From the NCBI GenBank assembly GCA_009914755.4, contig CP068257.2, positions 11,552,001 through 11,616,000 on the forward strand: 64,000 nt of DNA, written 5' to 3'. Within the stretch, counting starts at the first letter, position 1, and each line of letters opens with the position of its first letter. Shown here piece after piece: positions 1-18,106 of the stretch. Below the pieces are notes generated by a model. That model did not search any database. It was not told where the DNA came from and saw nothing but the letters and a program-made list of their open reading frames with translations. Source of the DNA: the human T2T-CHM13v2.0 reference genome, Homo sapiens. The translations under genes and the position numbers were made by a program.

Positions 1-158
1 CAGGCGCCCACCACCACGCCTGGCTAATTTTTTTGTATTTTTAGTAGAGATGGGTTTTCACAGTGTTAGCTAGGATGGTCTCAATCTTCTGACCTTGTGA
101 TCCGCCCGCCTCGGCCTCCCAAAGTGCTGGGATTACAGGCGTGAGCCACCGCACCAGG
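1..158 (-). mobile_element. Alu SINE, partial (truncated by window edge)
   Basis: Sequence ...ggctaatttttttgtatttttagtagagatggggtttca...ctcccaaagtgctgggattacaggcgtgagccaccgcacc is the reverse complement of the Alu 5' half. Confidence 0.9.
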
Positions 159-417
159 CTAAAATCTTTCTTAATAGAGACAGAAAGATGCTGTGTAACA
201 TCCATTGATTATTCCTAATAGGTAAATTAATGACTTTTAAAAATGATTTACACTATTTAAGCAGTAAAAATACTGGCCAAAATTTTTATAATTTTGCATA
301 CTTTTTTCTTTTTAATTCAATAAGTATTTAAAATTAGCTTCTGCATGTAGAAACAAAACACAATTATTCTTAAAAACAATCATCTAACAAGCAAATCTCC
401 ATTTTTATTTAAATTAA

Positions 418-782
<365 letters not shown>

Positions 783-2583
783 TACAATTCTTTAGCCATA
801 TAGTGAAACCTTAATAAATGTTCAGGTTTCTTTCCAACAAATCAACAAATACAAGTATAAAGGCATTCAAGAAATATAGCTCATCATGTACATTGACTTC
901 AATCACTTCATTTTTATGAAGCAAAGTTAACCTAGCTAACTAGTCTTTTATATACCATGAATACTTAATATTAATTATTCAAAGATATTTCATTTAAATC
1001 ACTGTTAACAAATTGAGATTAAGTCAGGCTGTCCATTTTAAAAACAGTAACTGCTGTAATAAAATATTAATCTGAGTTGGAGACTCCAAGAGGACAAAGA
1101 ACATTAGAATATATACAAGTGATTTAAAAGTAACAAGCATGCATTTGTTCCTCAGCACATCTGTACTTTGAAGCTTCTACTCAGTATTGTGTGGAACTAA
1201 AACATGCTTTCCACTTATAAATGGAATAGGAGACCTGACACAATCCTTATACACGTTTTAGCCTGGAAATGTGCTAGTTTCATGTTTTCCATTTCCTCTG
1301 ACCTTTTCCCTTCCATCAGAACTATAAATGGTGAACAGTATGCTTATTTGTATTTGTTTTACTGTTTGAGGCTTTTTGATTTTCAAGGAAACTCATTTTG
1401 TGCATAACTTTTTAAGGCAAAATTAAGGAATATGTTTTGATGAGACAAGGAAGGTATAATTAAATAAATGAGTTTAATTAAGGGATTTTAGGATTTCAAA
1501 ATCAAGAAGAGAAGAAAGTAGGAGAACATAAAAATAATAAATAAATCAGCAAATAAAAATTCCCAGACACTTCTTTGAGAGTGTTTACATATTTCAGTGA
1601 AAGTAGGTAAAATATAAATATAGTATTTAGAAAAATTAATATATTTATGCAAGTAAATAAAAACCAATTTATTTTTAAACATTTCAAGATAAGGAAAGCA
1701 CAATATACAGAATTTCAAGTTATTTAGCGACAATAACTGCAATTATTTAGAGACAATAACAATGCAAGTTATTTAGAGAGATTTTCAACCCAATAGCAAG
1801 ACATTATGTTAATATCTGTTTGGGAAGTACATTTTCAGAAGACTATTAAAATAATATTACTAGAATTTTGCTATAAATGACAACACTAAATAAGAAAATT
1901 GAAAGTAATTTGTGTTAATTAGCTCTATAATATCCATTCAATGATATGTATAATTTCAAATAATAATGAAATAACATTATACTATAGTGTTATATAAAAA
2001 CATAAGGTTTTCTAATATATAGCATTCAACTCATGGGGGTGTGGGGAGGTGAGGTGAAGCAAATTTCAGAACAATGTGTGCTAAGTGCAAACATTTGTGT
2101 AAAAAGCTTCTGTTACATGTATAGAGTTTCTCTGGAAGAATTTATAAGTGCATATAACACATATTCAAACCTACAAACACAGAGCTGTTTCTATTGGTTG
2201 ATTCCTTGGTTGGCTGGAGGAGAAAGGTAAAAGAATTTTGATTTTTACTTTGTATTCTCTTATGGTCTTTTACTTTTCTTCTCAATGCACATATTACCAT
2301 TTAAAAAAATAGATTAAATTTTAATAATGTTGCTACCAACATACTTGTGTTTATTTCACTGTCAAAATTGTGAATAAATTTTCAAAAACTTAGCTTATAT
2401 TTTATAATTATAGCAAACTACATATTATTAATAGTTTTACAGAACAAAAATTTCAAAAATATATTAATTTCTATAAATTATATCCTCTAATATTAATTAG
2501 AAGAGCTATCTGATCAAAACACATCAGGTGATTTGTGGGGAGACAAATATATTTGCAAAATACAGCATCCTCATTAAACTGTG

Positions 2584-3350
2584 TATTAGGCCATTCTTCC
2601 ATGCTGTAAAGAAACATCTGAGAATGGGTAGTTTATAAGAAAGGAGGTTGTATTGACTCACAGTTCTGCAGGTTGTACAGGCAGCATACTGGCATCTGCT
2701 TCTGGGAAGGCCTCAGGAAGCTTCCAAACATGGCGGAAGGTAAAGGGAGAGCTGGCACATCACATGGTAAAAGCAGGAGCAAGAAAGAGAGTGAGCAGAG
2801 GAGGTGCCACACACTTTTGAAGGACTAGATCCCATGAGAACTCACTATCATGAAGTAAGTACCAAGTCATGAGAGATCTGCCTCCATGATCCAAACACCT
2901 CCCACAAGACCTCACCCCAGCATTGGGGATTACAATTCAACATGATATTTGGGGGATATCATTCTGAAAAGTACATCATTCTGCTCTGGCCCTCGCAAAT
3001 CTCATGCCCTTTTGACATTTCAAAATGGTATCATGCCTTCCCAACAGTCCCCTAAATTCTTAACTGTTTCCAGCATTGACTCAAAAGTCCCAAGTCCTGT
3101 CTGAGACAAGGCAAGTCCCTTCCATCTATGATCCTGTAAAATAAAAAACAGGTTATTTACTTCCAAGATACAATGGAGGTATAGGAATTGGGTAAGCATT
3201 CCTGTTCAAAAAGGGAGAAATTGATCAAAAGAAAGAAGATACAGGCCCCAAGCAAGTTTGAATCCCAGCAAGGCAGTCATTAAAACTTAAAGCTCCAAAA
3301 TAATCTCTTTTGATTTCGTGTCCGACATCCAAGGCATACTGGTACAAGGA
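2584..3350. repeat. Unclassified interspersed repeat (LTR-like family; motif ...cacagttctgcaggttgtacaggcagcat...gcatctgcttctgg...cctcaggaagcttccaaacatggcggaagg...)
   Basis: Strong resemblance to a very common primate repeat family I recall but cannot name with certainty; a second, diverged copy of the same family is at 57660-58060. Confidence 0.4.
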
Positions 3351-3451
3351 GTGGACTCCCAAGGCCTTGGGCAACGTGATTTCTTAGTTATAGTTAAAAA
3401 TGGATTATGGATATTTACAAAGCTAACTCACATCTCCTTGTCTGACTCACT

Positions 3452-3644
3452 CTTTCTTCTTTCCTTCCCTCCCTCCCTCCCCCTTCCTTCCTTCCTTCCT
3501 TTCTTTTCTTTCTTTTCCTTTTTCTTTCTTTCTCTTTCTTCTTTCTTTCTTTCCTTTATTTATTTATTTCTTCTTTCCTTCCTTCCTTCCTTTTTTTCTT
3601 CCTTTCTTGCTTGCTTGCTTGCTTTCTCTTTCTTTTCTTTCTTA
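3452..3644 (+). repeat. Polypyrimidine (TTCC/CTTT/TTTC)n low-complexity tract, about 190 bp
   Basis: Nearly pure C/T run on the plus strand; produces the artefactual ORF 3318..3647. Confidence 0.95.
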
Positions 3645-4189
3645 TAATGGCTGATCAGTAATTCATTTTTAGAGAAATATGAGTTGATGTATGGATTTTT
3701 AAAATTCATTGATCAGTCAATAAGCAAATACTTTGCTATCAACTGTGACATGCTAAGCATATTAGGTGAATAGTACAAAATGTTGAGCAAGATGCCCTTG
3801 GTCCCTTCCTTCGAGAGATTACATTCCCATAGGAGGGTGGTAAATTCAGAAATACATCAATATAAATAGAGTATATAGGTAGGAATCTAGATAGTGTGAT
3901 ACATGTTCTCATAGTTTACAGAAACACAAAAAAAATATCTGTAACCTGGATATAAGTGACAAAGAAAGGAAGACTGCCTATGCCGAAGGATTCTTGTATA
4001 CCATTCTAGGCCTGCTTCACGGCTTTTTTCTGTCCACCCTTCACAAGGCCAGGGAAACTTTGTTCACCATCATGGGATATGGTTGAGGTATCAAGTGCCT
4101 CTAAGAAGGACCACATTATCCCCAAATTTTAGAAGGGTCTTCTGTTGAAAAGACTTCTTTCTCCAGTACATTGTCTGGGCAAACTTTTT

Positions 4190-4228
4190 TATATATATAT
4201 ATATATTATATATATATATATATATAAT
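4190..4228. repeat. (TA)n microsatellite
   Basis: atatatatatatattatatatatatatatatataat. Confidence 0.95.
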
Positions 4229-4239
4229 CTATCTTTGTG

Positions 4240-6425
4240 CCAATCCTACAATGCCTTGATTAATGTAGTTTTACAGTAAATTTCAAATCAGGAAGTCAGG
4301 GTCTTCCAACTTCAATCTTTTTCAAGATGATTTTGGCCATTCTTGGTCCCTTACATTCCTTTTGAATTTAAATATCACCTTGTCAATTTTGAAAAAGGAA
4401 ACTTGGATTTTGACAGAGAATGTACTGAATCTGTAGATTATTTTGAAAATTTTACCATTTTAATAATATTAATTTTCTTACACATAACCATCAGGTGGCT
4501 TATCTTTTATTTAGTTTCTTTCAACAACAGTTTTTAGTTTTTAGTGTACATGACTTTGATTCTTTTGTTAAATTTATTCCTAAGTGATTTTAAATTGTAG
4601 ATGTTATTTTAAATGGAGTTGTTTTCTTAATTTTTGAATTTTTCATTGAAAGTGTATAGAAATACAGCTGCTTTTGGGGTAGTCATCTCATATCTGGCAG
4701 TCTTACTGAATTCATTTCTTAGATTTAAGAGGTTTTTATGCAGATTCATTAGAATTTTCCATGTCCAAGATTATGTCATCTGCTAATAGAGATAGTTGTA
4801 TTTTTTCTTTTCCAATCTGGATGACTTTTATTTCTTTTCCTTGCCAAATTGTCTGGGCCAGATCCTTCAGTACAATGTTGCGCAGTCACTGTGAGAATAT
4901 CCATCTGTCCTGAACTTGGGGGTAAATCATTCAGTCTTCACTATTAAGTATAATGTTGGCTTGGGGCTTTTGTAAATAACATTTGTTTGGTTGAGCTAGT
5001 TTCCTTCTATAACTAGCTTCCTGGGTCTTTTTTTTTTACTTTTTTGTTTTAAATAGTGTGTGATTTTGTCAAATGCTTTTTCTGTATCTATCATGTATTC
5101 TTTTGTCCTTTATTGTATCGAGATGGTATTTTACCCTGACTTATTTTTGAATGTTAAAACAAGCTTGTATTCCCGGGACAGATCCTTGTTCATGGAAAAT
5201 AATCAGTTCTTTTCTATATATTGCTGGATGTAGTTTGCTAATATTTTGTTTAGAAATCTTGCATTTATATTCATAAGGTATTTTAGTGTGTAGTTTATTT
5301 TCCTATGATGGCTTTGTTTGGTTTTGGTATTAAGGTAATTTTGGCCTCACAGAATAAGTTGTGAAGTGCTTGTTCTACCTTTTAATTTAATTTTATTTTT
5401 GAACAGTTTGTGAAGGATTGATATTACAATTTCATAGACATTTGGTAGAACTCACCAATGAAGCCTTCTGGGCTTGGACTACCCTTTGTGAAAATAATTT
5501 TATTACAAATACAATTTCTTTAATTGTTATTGGTTTATTTAGATTTTGTATTTATTCTTGAGTCATTTAAATTAGATTATGTCTTTGAGGAGTTAATTTC
5601 ATCTAGGTTATATAATTTGTGGACATACACCATTTTTAGGTACCTGAAAATTCGTTAGTGCTGCTATTCCTCTTCATTCTGATTTTGGCAATTTGAGTCT
5701 TTGTTCTTTGTTTTCCTATTTCATCTATCTAAAGTTTTGTCATTATTTGTTGACCTACTTAAAGAATTACACATCTTTTATTTCACTGGTTTTCTCTATA
5801 ACTTTTCTAATCTTTATTTTATTTATTTCTACTCTAATTTTTATTATCTCCTTCCTTCTGCTTTTTTGACTAGAATTTGCTCTTTTTCTAGTTTCTGAAG
5901 ATAGTCATATTATTGATTTGGATTTTTAAAAATATGGACATTGGCAGTTATACTTTTTCCTCTAAGTACTATTTTATCTTTATCCTCTAAGTTTTGGTAT
6001 GTTTTGTTTCTATTTTTTTAATCTCACAATATTTTCCCATTTTTCTTTAACTTATTCTTCGATTCATTTGTTATTTAGGGAGTTTATTAATTTTCACATA
6101 TTTGGGATTTTTCCAAATTTCCTTCTGTAATTGATTTCAAATTTCATCCCATTTGGGCCAAAGAACATACATTGTATGATCTCAGTCATTTACATTTATT
6201 GTGCCTTGTTTTGTAAGCCAATGGATAGTCTAAGAATGTTCCAGGTATGGTTGTTCCATGGGTGTCTTTTAGTTATTGTTTGTTTTTAAGATTGATCCTT
6301 GTAATCTTCTGCTTAGTTGTTCCATCTACAACTGAGAGTGAGGTACTGAAACCTCCAACTATTGTTGTCAAATTGTTTATTTCTCTATCATTTCTGTGTA
6401 TTTTTGCTTTATGTTTTTTAACTTA
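4240..6425 (-). mobile_element. LINE-1 fragment (old L1M/L1P-type ORF2 region), antisense
   Basis: Antisense ORF2 hallmarks, e.g. ttttccaatctggatgacttttatttcttttccttgcc...ttcagtacaatgttg and ...tgtatagaaatacagctgctttt; no intact ORF. Confidence 0.75.
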
Positions 6426-10420
<3,995 letters not shown>

Positions 10421-10504
10421 ACCAGGATAAATTCAACAGGATAAAATCAAAACTACTTGGAATGGCATATTGATCAATTAAAATCTATATTTCATACATT
10501 CTGT

Positions 10505-10915
10505 TTTATTTCCTTTTTATTTTTTTTCCTTGGGTTATAATGCACATAAAATAAAATTTGATCTCTTAATTATTTTACATATATCATTTAGTGGTGTCGA
10601 TTACATTTGCAATGCTATGCAACCATCATCATTATTTGCAAAACTTTTTATCATCCCAGGGAGAAATTCTCAACTCAGATAGAAACTCATTAAGCAAGGT
10701 GAGTGCTCTTGTTAAAAATCGATTTTCCATAGATGTAGAGGTTTATTTCTGAACTCTCAATTTTATTCCATTGGCCTGTATGTTTATCCATGTGCCAGGA
10801 TCATACTGATTTGATTACCTGGCTTTGTAGTAATTGGGTAGTGTGAGTTCTTTCAATTTGTTCTTTTATTTTTCAACGTTTCCCTTCATTTGCTTTCACC
10901 CCAGTCTATGGTAGC
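10505..10915 (-). mobile_element. LINE-1 fragment (old L1M 3' end joined to ORF2 piece), antisense
   Basis: T-rich start, then antisense L1M 3' UTR motif gcaatgctatgcaaccatcatcattatttgcaaaactttttatcatccc, then ORF2-derived ccattggcctgtatgtttatccatgtgccaggatcatactg...tgtagtaattgggtagtgtgagttc; near-duplicate of 12225-12420. Confidence 0.6.
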
Positions 10916-13270
<2,355 letters not shown>

Positions 13271-13662
13271 GAACTTCACTCCTATCATTTTCCTTTCTTG
13301 GGAATCTTGGTGAAGGAATTTTGCAAACAACATCAAATTTCAGAATCTGATTTTGGAAATTGTTGACAAGATTCTGGCTAGTTTCAGACATCTGAAAGCT
13401 TTGTTGAAAACTAGAAAAGAACTAGAAAATGAATTCACTTCATTCATTGAAGTAAAGAATAAGCATTGAATATGACTTTGTGTGATTTTATGGTTCTTAA
13501 GTTGTGTCCAATTTCAGAAAAGAAAAAATAAGTCTCTTTCCTGATGTACTTCATGCTGCTTTGATGACCACTGCCTTGGTTTATGCATTTTTCTTCATAT
13601 GAATTTCAGCAGTGACCTTTTTATGGATATGTTGTTATTATTAGTAGTAGTAGTATCATCAC

Positions 13663-13997
<335 letters not shown>

Positions 13998-14067
13998 TAA
14001 GGACTTACTATTCGACAAGCATTGTTTACATATGTAAACATATATATATAAATTAAAATTCTAAGCA

Positions 14068-14124
14068 ATGTTCACACACATGCATACACACATAAACATA
14101 CACATACACACACATATACACACT
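14068..14124. repeat. (CA)n/(CACATA)n-type imperfect microsatellite
   Basis: cacacacatgcatacacacataaacatacacatacacacacatatacacac. Confidence 0.9.
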
Positions 14125-14214
14125 GAGAACGTACTATCCACCAGGAATGGTCCTAATTGACATACCAAAGATATATAAAAATTAAGTTGATCTTCACAAC
14201 AATCAAATGGGTGG

Positions 14215-14360
14215 GTACCATTATTATCCTATTATGTGGATGAGTAAAGAAACTGGACTCAGAGAGATAACTTGCTCAAGTTTGCACAGCTATTGAAAGA
14301 GATTTGCCTGATTTCAAACCCAGTTAGGCTTATTCTTCATCTTAGGCACTACATAGGTAA
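14215..14360 (+). mobile_element. MIR SINE fragment (core region)
   Basis: ttatcctattatgtggatgagtaaagaaactggactcagagagataacttgctcaagtttgcacagc matches the MIR core ...acagatgaggaaactgaggctcagagaggttaagtaacttgcccaaggtcacacagc. Confidence 0.55.
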
Positions 14361-14452
14361 GTTGTGTGTACAAATATTGGCATTGTTTTAAATTGCAAAT
14401 AATTAGCGAATTGATCTGAAATTAGCCAAACGGTTTGAAAATTAATATAGGA

Positions 14453-14668
14453 TAAGTATCCTTCATCTGAAATGCTAAGGAACGGAAGTGTTTTGGATTT
14501 TAGGGTTTTTTGGATTTTGAAATATTTGCATTATTCTGTTTGAGCATCCCAAATCTGAAATACTTTAAGCATTTTACTCAGCATTTTGTTTGAGCATCAC
14601 TTCAATACTCAAAAGTTTTAAACTGAGCATTCAGAATTACCAATTTTCAAATCTAGGATGTTCAACCT
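14453..14668. mobile_element. Non-autonomous DNA transposon (Tc1/mariner Tigger-type MITE, MER2-like), internally deleted
   Basis: Starts ggataagtatccttcatctgaaatgctaaggaacggaagtgttttggattttagggttttttggattttgaaatatttgc and ends tttcaaatctaggatgttcaacctg; terminal inverted-repeat-like ends resembling a Tigger-family MITE (family recalled from memory). Confidence 0.45.
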
Positions 14669-14910
14669 GTATCTCAGTATGATATATTCAAATTTTACAA
14701 TATTTGCTGGCTACAAATACAATACAAAACATTATGTTCAATCCAAAACATTCTGTGTTGAAAAATATTTAATATTCTAGAGAGTATTAAAAATAATGTT
14801 ATAACAATCGGTAAAAGAATTACACTATATGTGAATGCTGAATGAGTCTAAAATACCAATGATAAAACAAAATATTTAAATTGGTTAACTCCCATTAAAA
14901 CTGTGGTTGT

Positions 14911-15245
<335 letters not shown>

Positions 15246-16579
15246 TTATTTTTTCACTTTCCTTTTGGATAGGACACACTAGAAATACTGAGGTTGGTAA
15301 TGAAAAGATAAACTTTTTTACAGCGTTTTTTCTTGGGAAGACAGCTCAGAGTAGGGAACTCTGAGCAACACATATGTAAAACCATAGACTTGATGAAATT
15401 TTCATCATGGTCTTCACCATTTCACCTGTCATCCACCTAATATTGTTCTAGAAGGAATATGTAATGAATGATTGAACTTTCCTTTGCATATTTGTACCCG
15501 CCATTGTTTCTAAGAAATAAAGCCACATTGCAGCACTAACTAATTAAAGAGAATGAATGACAAGGATTTCTAGAAAAGAATGTTGCCAAATCTCTGCATA
15601 TAAGTGAAGTGCCTGCCTAGGTTTCTTTGTGATTCTCTTGGTATACATGAATTCAGAAGGTGGTAAGTCTTTTATTATCTAGTTATATCATAAAAATGAT
15701 AAAATACTTCATAAGATTTAAATGTCTAAATGCACAGAATATGCTTTTAAATTAATTATCCTCACATGACCGTTGGAGGAATATCCAGTAAAATTATCGG
15801 AAACCAAAATTCTTACACAGCAGTTCGAGAAATGAAATAGAAAAGTGTTGTGAAAGAGAGTAGCAAATGGAACATGTGCCAAGTGGGCAAAATGAGGGTC
15901 TAAGTCAACATATTTTACGCCAGAATTTTCTCCTCACCACATTTCTTCTCATTCTGGTCATTGGCAGTCTGTGACAACAATACTTCCTGAAAATGTGTTG
16001 CAGCTGTAGAGTAATTCCATAGCAGATTTATTTTCCTTTGGCACTTTTTGTAATTGGCATTGAGGAAACATACAAGAATTATTCCTTATCTTTTTTATGT
16101 TGGCAAGTTTCATATTGTTTAAACAATTTTTTTAGTTGTGTAAAATATCATTTGGTAGAATATTAGAAGATGTTTGGGCTTTCAAGTTTGTTGATTTGAG
16201 TCAGAGGTATATTGACCAGTTTTAGCACAAGATAGAATTTAATTATCTTGGCTACTTAGGAAAAAATACACACAGAGATGCATACACACAGACAAGCAAA
16301 TATCTTCAATAGTATAATATCTAATGTATATGTTTTCCTTAGAGCCTTAACTGAAACATACATGCTAAATTTTATACAGATATTTTATCTCAATATACAC
16401 AAGTTACATATGTGGATATAATATGAAGTTGAAAATCCTGAAGATAATCATATGTGATGAGTTTACTGTTAAGATCAGAAAATATGAATGTTCTGAACTC
16501 CACAAAAACTTGGCAAATATAATTATAAAAAACGCAAAAATATTCAAAAGTGTATTTACTAAACCCGTATTACTGTTGT

Positions 16580-17795
16580 TTTTATTCTTTTTATTGATAT
16601 ATATCATAGTTGTATATATTTTGGGGCTACATGGGATAGTTTGATACATGTATGTAATATGAAATGATCAAATCAGGGTTACTGGGTAATCTATTTTTTC
16701 CTTGTATTGGGAACACTATAGTTCTTTTCTAGCTATTTTGAAATATACAATAAAATATTAACAATAAATTAGAACTTACTATTTCTGTCCAACTGTGTTA
16801 TTTACCATTAACTAATTCTTTTTCATCCTCCCTACCCCTCTCACACTTTGATAACCACCATTCTATTCTCTACCTCAAGGAAATCCACTTTCTTTGCTCC
16901 CCCATATGAGTGAGAACATGGAATGTTTGTCTTTCTGTGCCTGGGTTATTTCACTTAACATAATGACCTCCAGTTCTGTTTATGTTGCTGCAAATGACAA
17001 GATTTCATTTTTTTATGGCTAAATAGTGGCCAGCAAGACTACAAAAATAGTGCTCACTATTACTATTCATCAGGGAAATGCGAATCAAAACCACAATGAG
17101 ATATCAACTCATCCCAGTTAGAATGGCTATTGTTAAAAAGAAATAAATAGAAAATGTTAGCTAGGTTGCAAAGAAAGGGGAACGTTCATACACTGTTATG
17201 GGAATGTAAAGTAGTACAGCCATATGGAAGACAGTACAGAAATTCCTCAAAAACAAAACAAAACAAGACAAAACAAAACAAGACAAAACAAAACAAAAAA
17301 AGCCTGTAATCCCAGCACTTTGGGAGATGAAGGCTGGCAGATCACTTGAGGTTAGGAATTCAAGACCAGCCTGGTCAACATGATGAAACACTATCTCTAC
17401 TAAAAATACAAAAATTAGCTTGGCGTGGTAGTGCATGCCTGTAATCCCAGCTACTTGGAAAGCTGAGGCAGGAGAATTGCTTGAAACCGGGAGGTGGAGG
17501 TTACAGTGAGCCGAAATCATGCTAATGCTCTCCAGCCTGAGTGACAGAGCAAGACTCTGTCTCAAAAAAAAAAAAAAAAAAAAAGAGCTACGATGTAATC
17601 CATCAATCCCATTACTGGCTATATATCCAAAAAGGGGAAATTAGTATATTAAAGAGATATCTGCACTCCCATGTTCATTGCAGCAATATTCACAATAGTG
17701 AAGCTATGGAATCAACCTAAGTGCCCATCAACAGATAAATGGATAAAGAGTATCTATATGTATATGAGTACATATATGAAAAAATATATATGCAT
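16580..17795 (-). mobile_element. LINE-1 (L1PB-like) insertion with an internal inversion consistent with twin priming. The 3' end segment (16580-17028) is antisense and the ORF2 C-terminal segment (17045-17795) is in sense orientation; the latter is interrupted by Alu 17302-17584
   Basis: T-rich start, then the antisense L1PB 3' end (tttattgatatatatcatagttgtatatattttggggctacatgggatagtttgatacatgtatgtaatatgaaatgatcaaatcagggttactgggtaatc...gctcccccatatgagtgagaacatggaatgtttgtctttctg...tttttttatggctaaatagtg). The next segment reads in sense: ctattcatcagggaaatgcgaatcaaaaccacaatgagatatcaactcatcccagttagaatggctattgttaaaaag...ggaatgtaaagtagtacagccatatggaagacagtacagaaattcctc and, after the Alu, atccatcaatcccattactggctatatatccaaaaagg...tgttcattgcagcaatattcacaatagtgaagctatggaatcaacctaagtgcccatcaacagataaatggataaag. 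Confidence 0.75.
17302..17584 (+). mobile_element. Alu SINE, 5'-truncated, inserted in the L1 sense segment; preceded by a (CAAAA)n repeat at 17250-17296
   Basis: gcctgtaatcccagcactttgggagatgaaggctggcagatcacttgaggttaggaattcaagaccagcctggtcaacatg...ctgtctcaaaaaaaaaaaaaaaaaaaaa. Confidence 0.9.
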
Positions 17796-17829
17796 ACTAA
17801 ACTTTGTAAGGAATTAGTATAGTTTTAGG

Positions 17830-18100
17830 CTTACAGAAAAACTGTGAGGGTGACAAAGTTTTCATGTGCACCACACCGAGTTTTTATTGTTGCAAACATT
17901 ATACATTAGTATGGTAACATTTTTTACAATTAATAAACAAATACAAGTATATTATTTTAACAGCAGTCTACACTTTATTCAGGTTTCCTTGGCTTTCGAT
18001 TTCTGTCCCAGGATCCCATCAAGAATAAAATTACATTTTTCTGTCATGTCTCCTTAGGCTACTGTGGGCCATGACAATTTCTTAGAGGTTTCCTGTTTTT
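17830..18100 (+). mobile_element. Old LINE-1 (L1M-family) 3' end fragment
   Basis: cagcagtctacactttattcaggtttccttggctttcgatttctgtcccaggatcccatcaagaataaaattacatttttctgtcatgtctccttaggct resembles L1M 3' UTR consensus segments (recalled). Confidence 0.45.
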
Positions 18101-18106
18101 GATGAT

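Noticed and set aside
3318-3647. ORF of 109 codons encoding FLPSFLPFFSFFSFF... and ORF 37453..37644 encoding [10 protein letters not shown]...
   Set aside because: They are artefacts of the polypyrimidine tract and the (GAAA)n microsatellite; the protein sequences are low-complexity.
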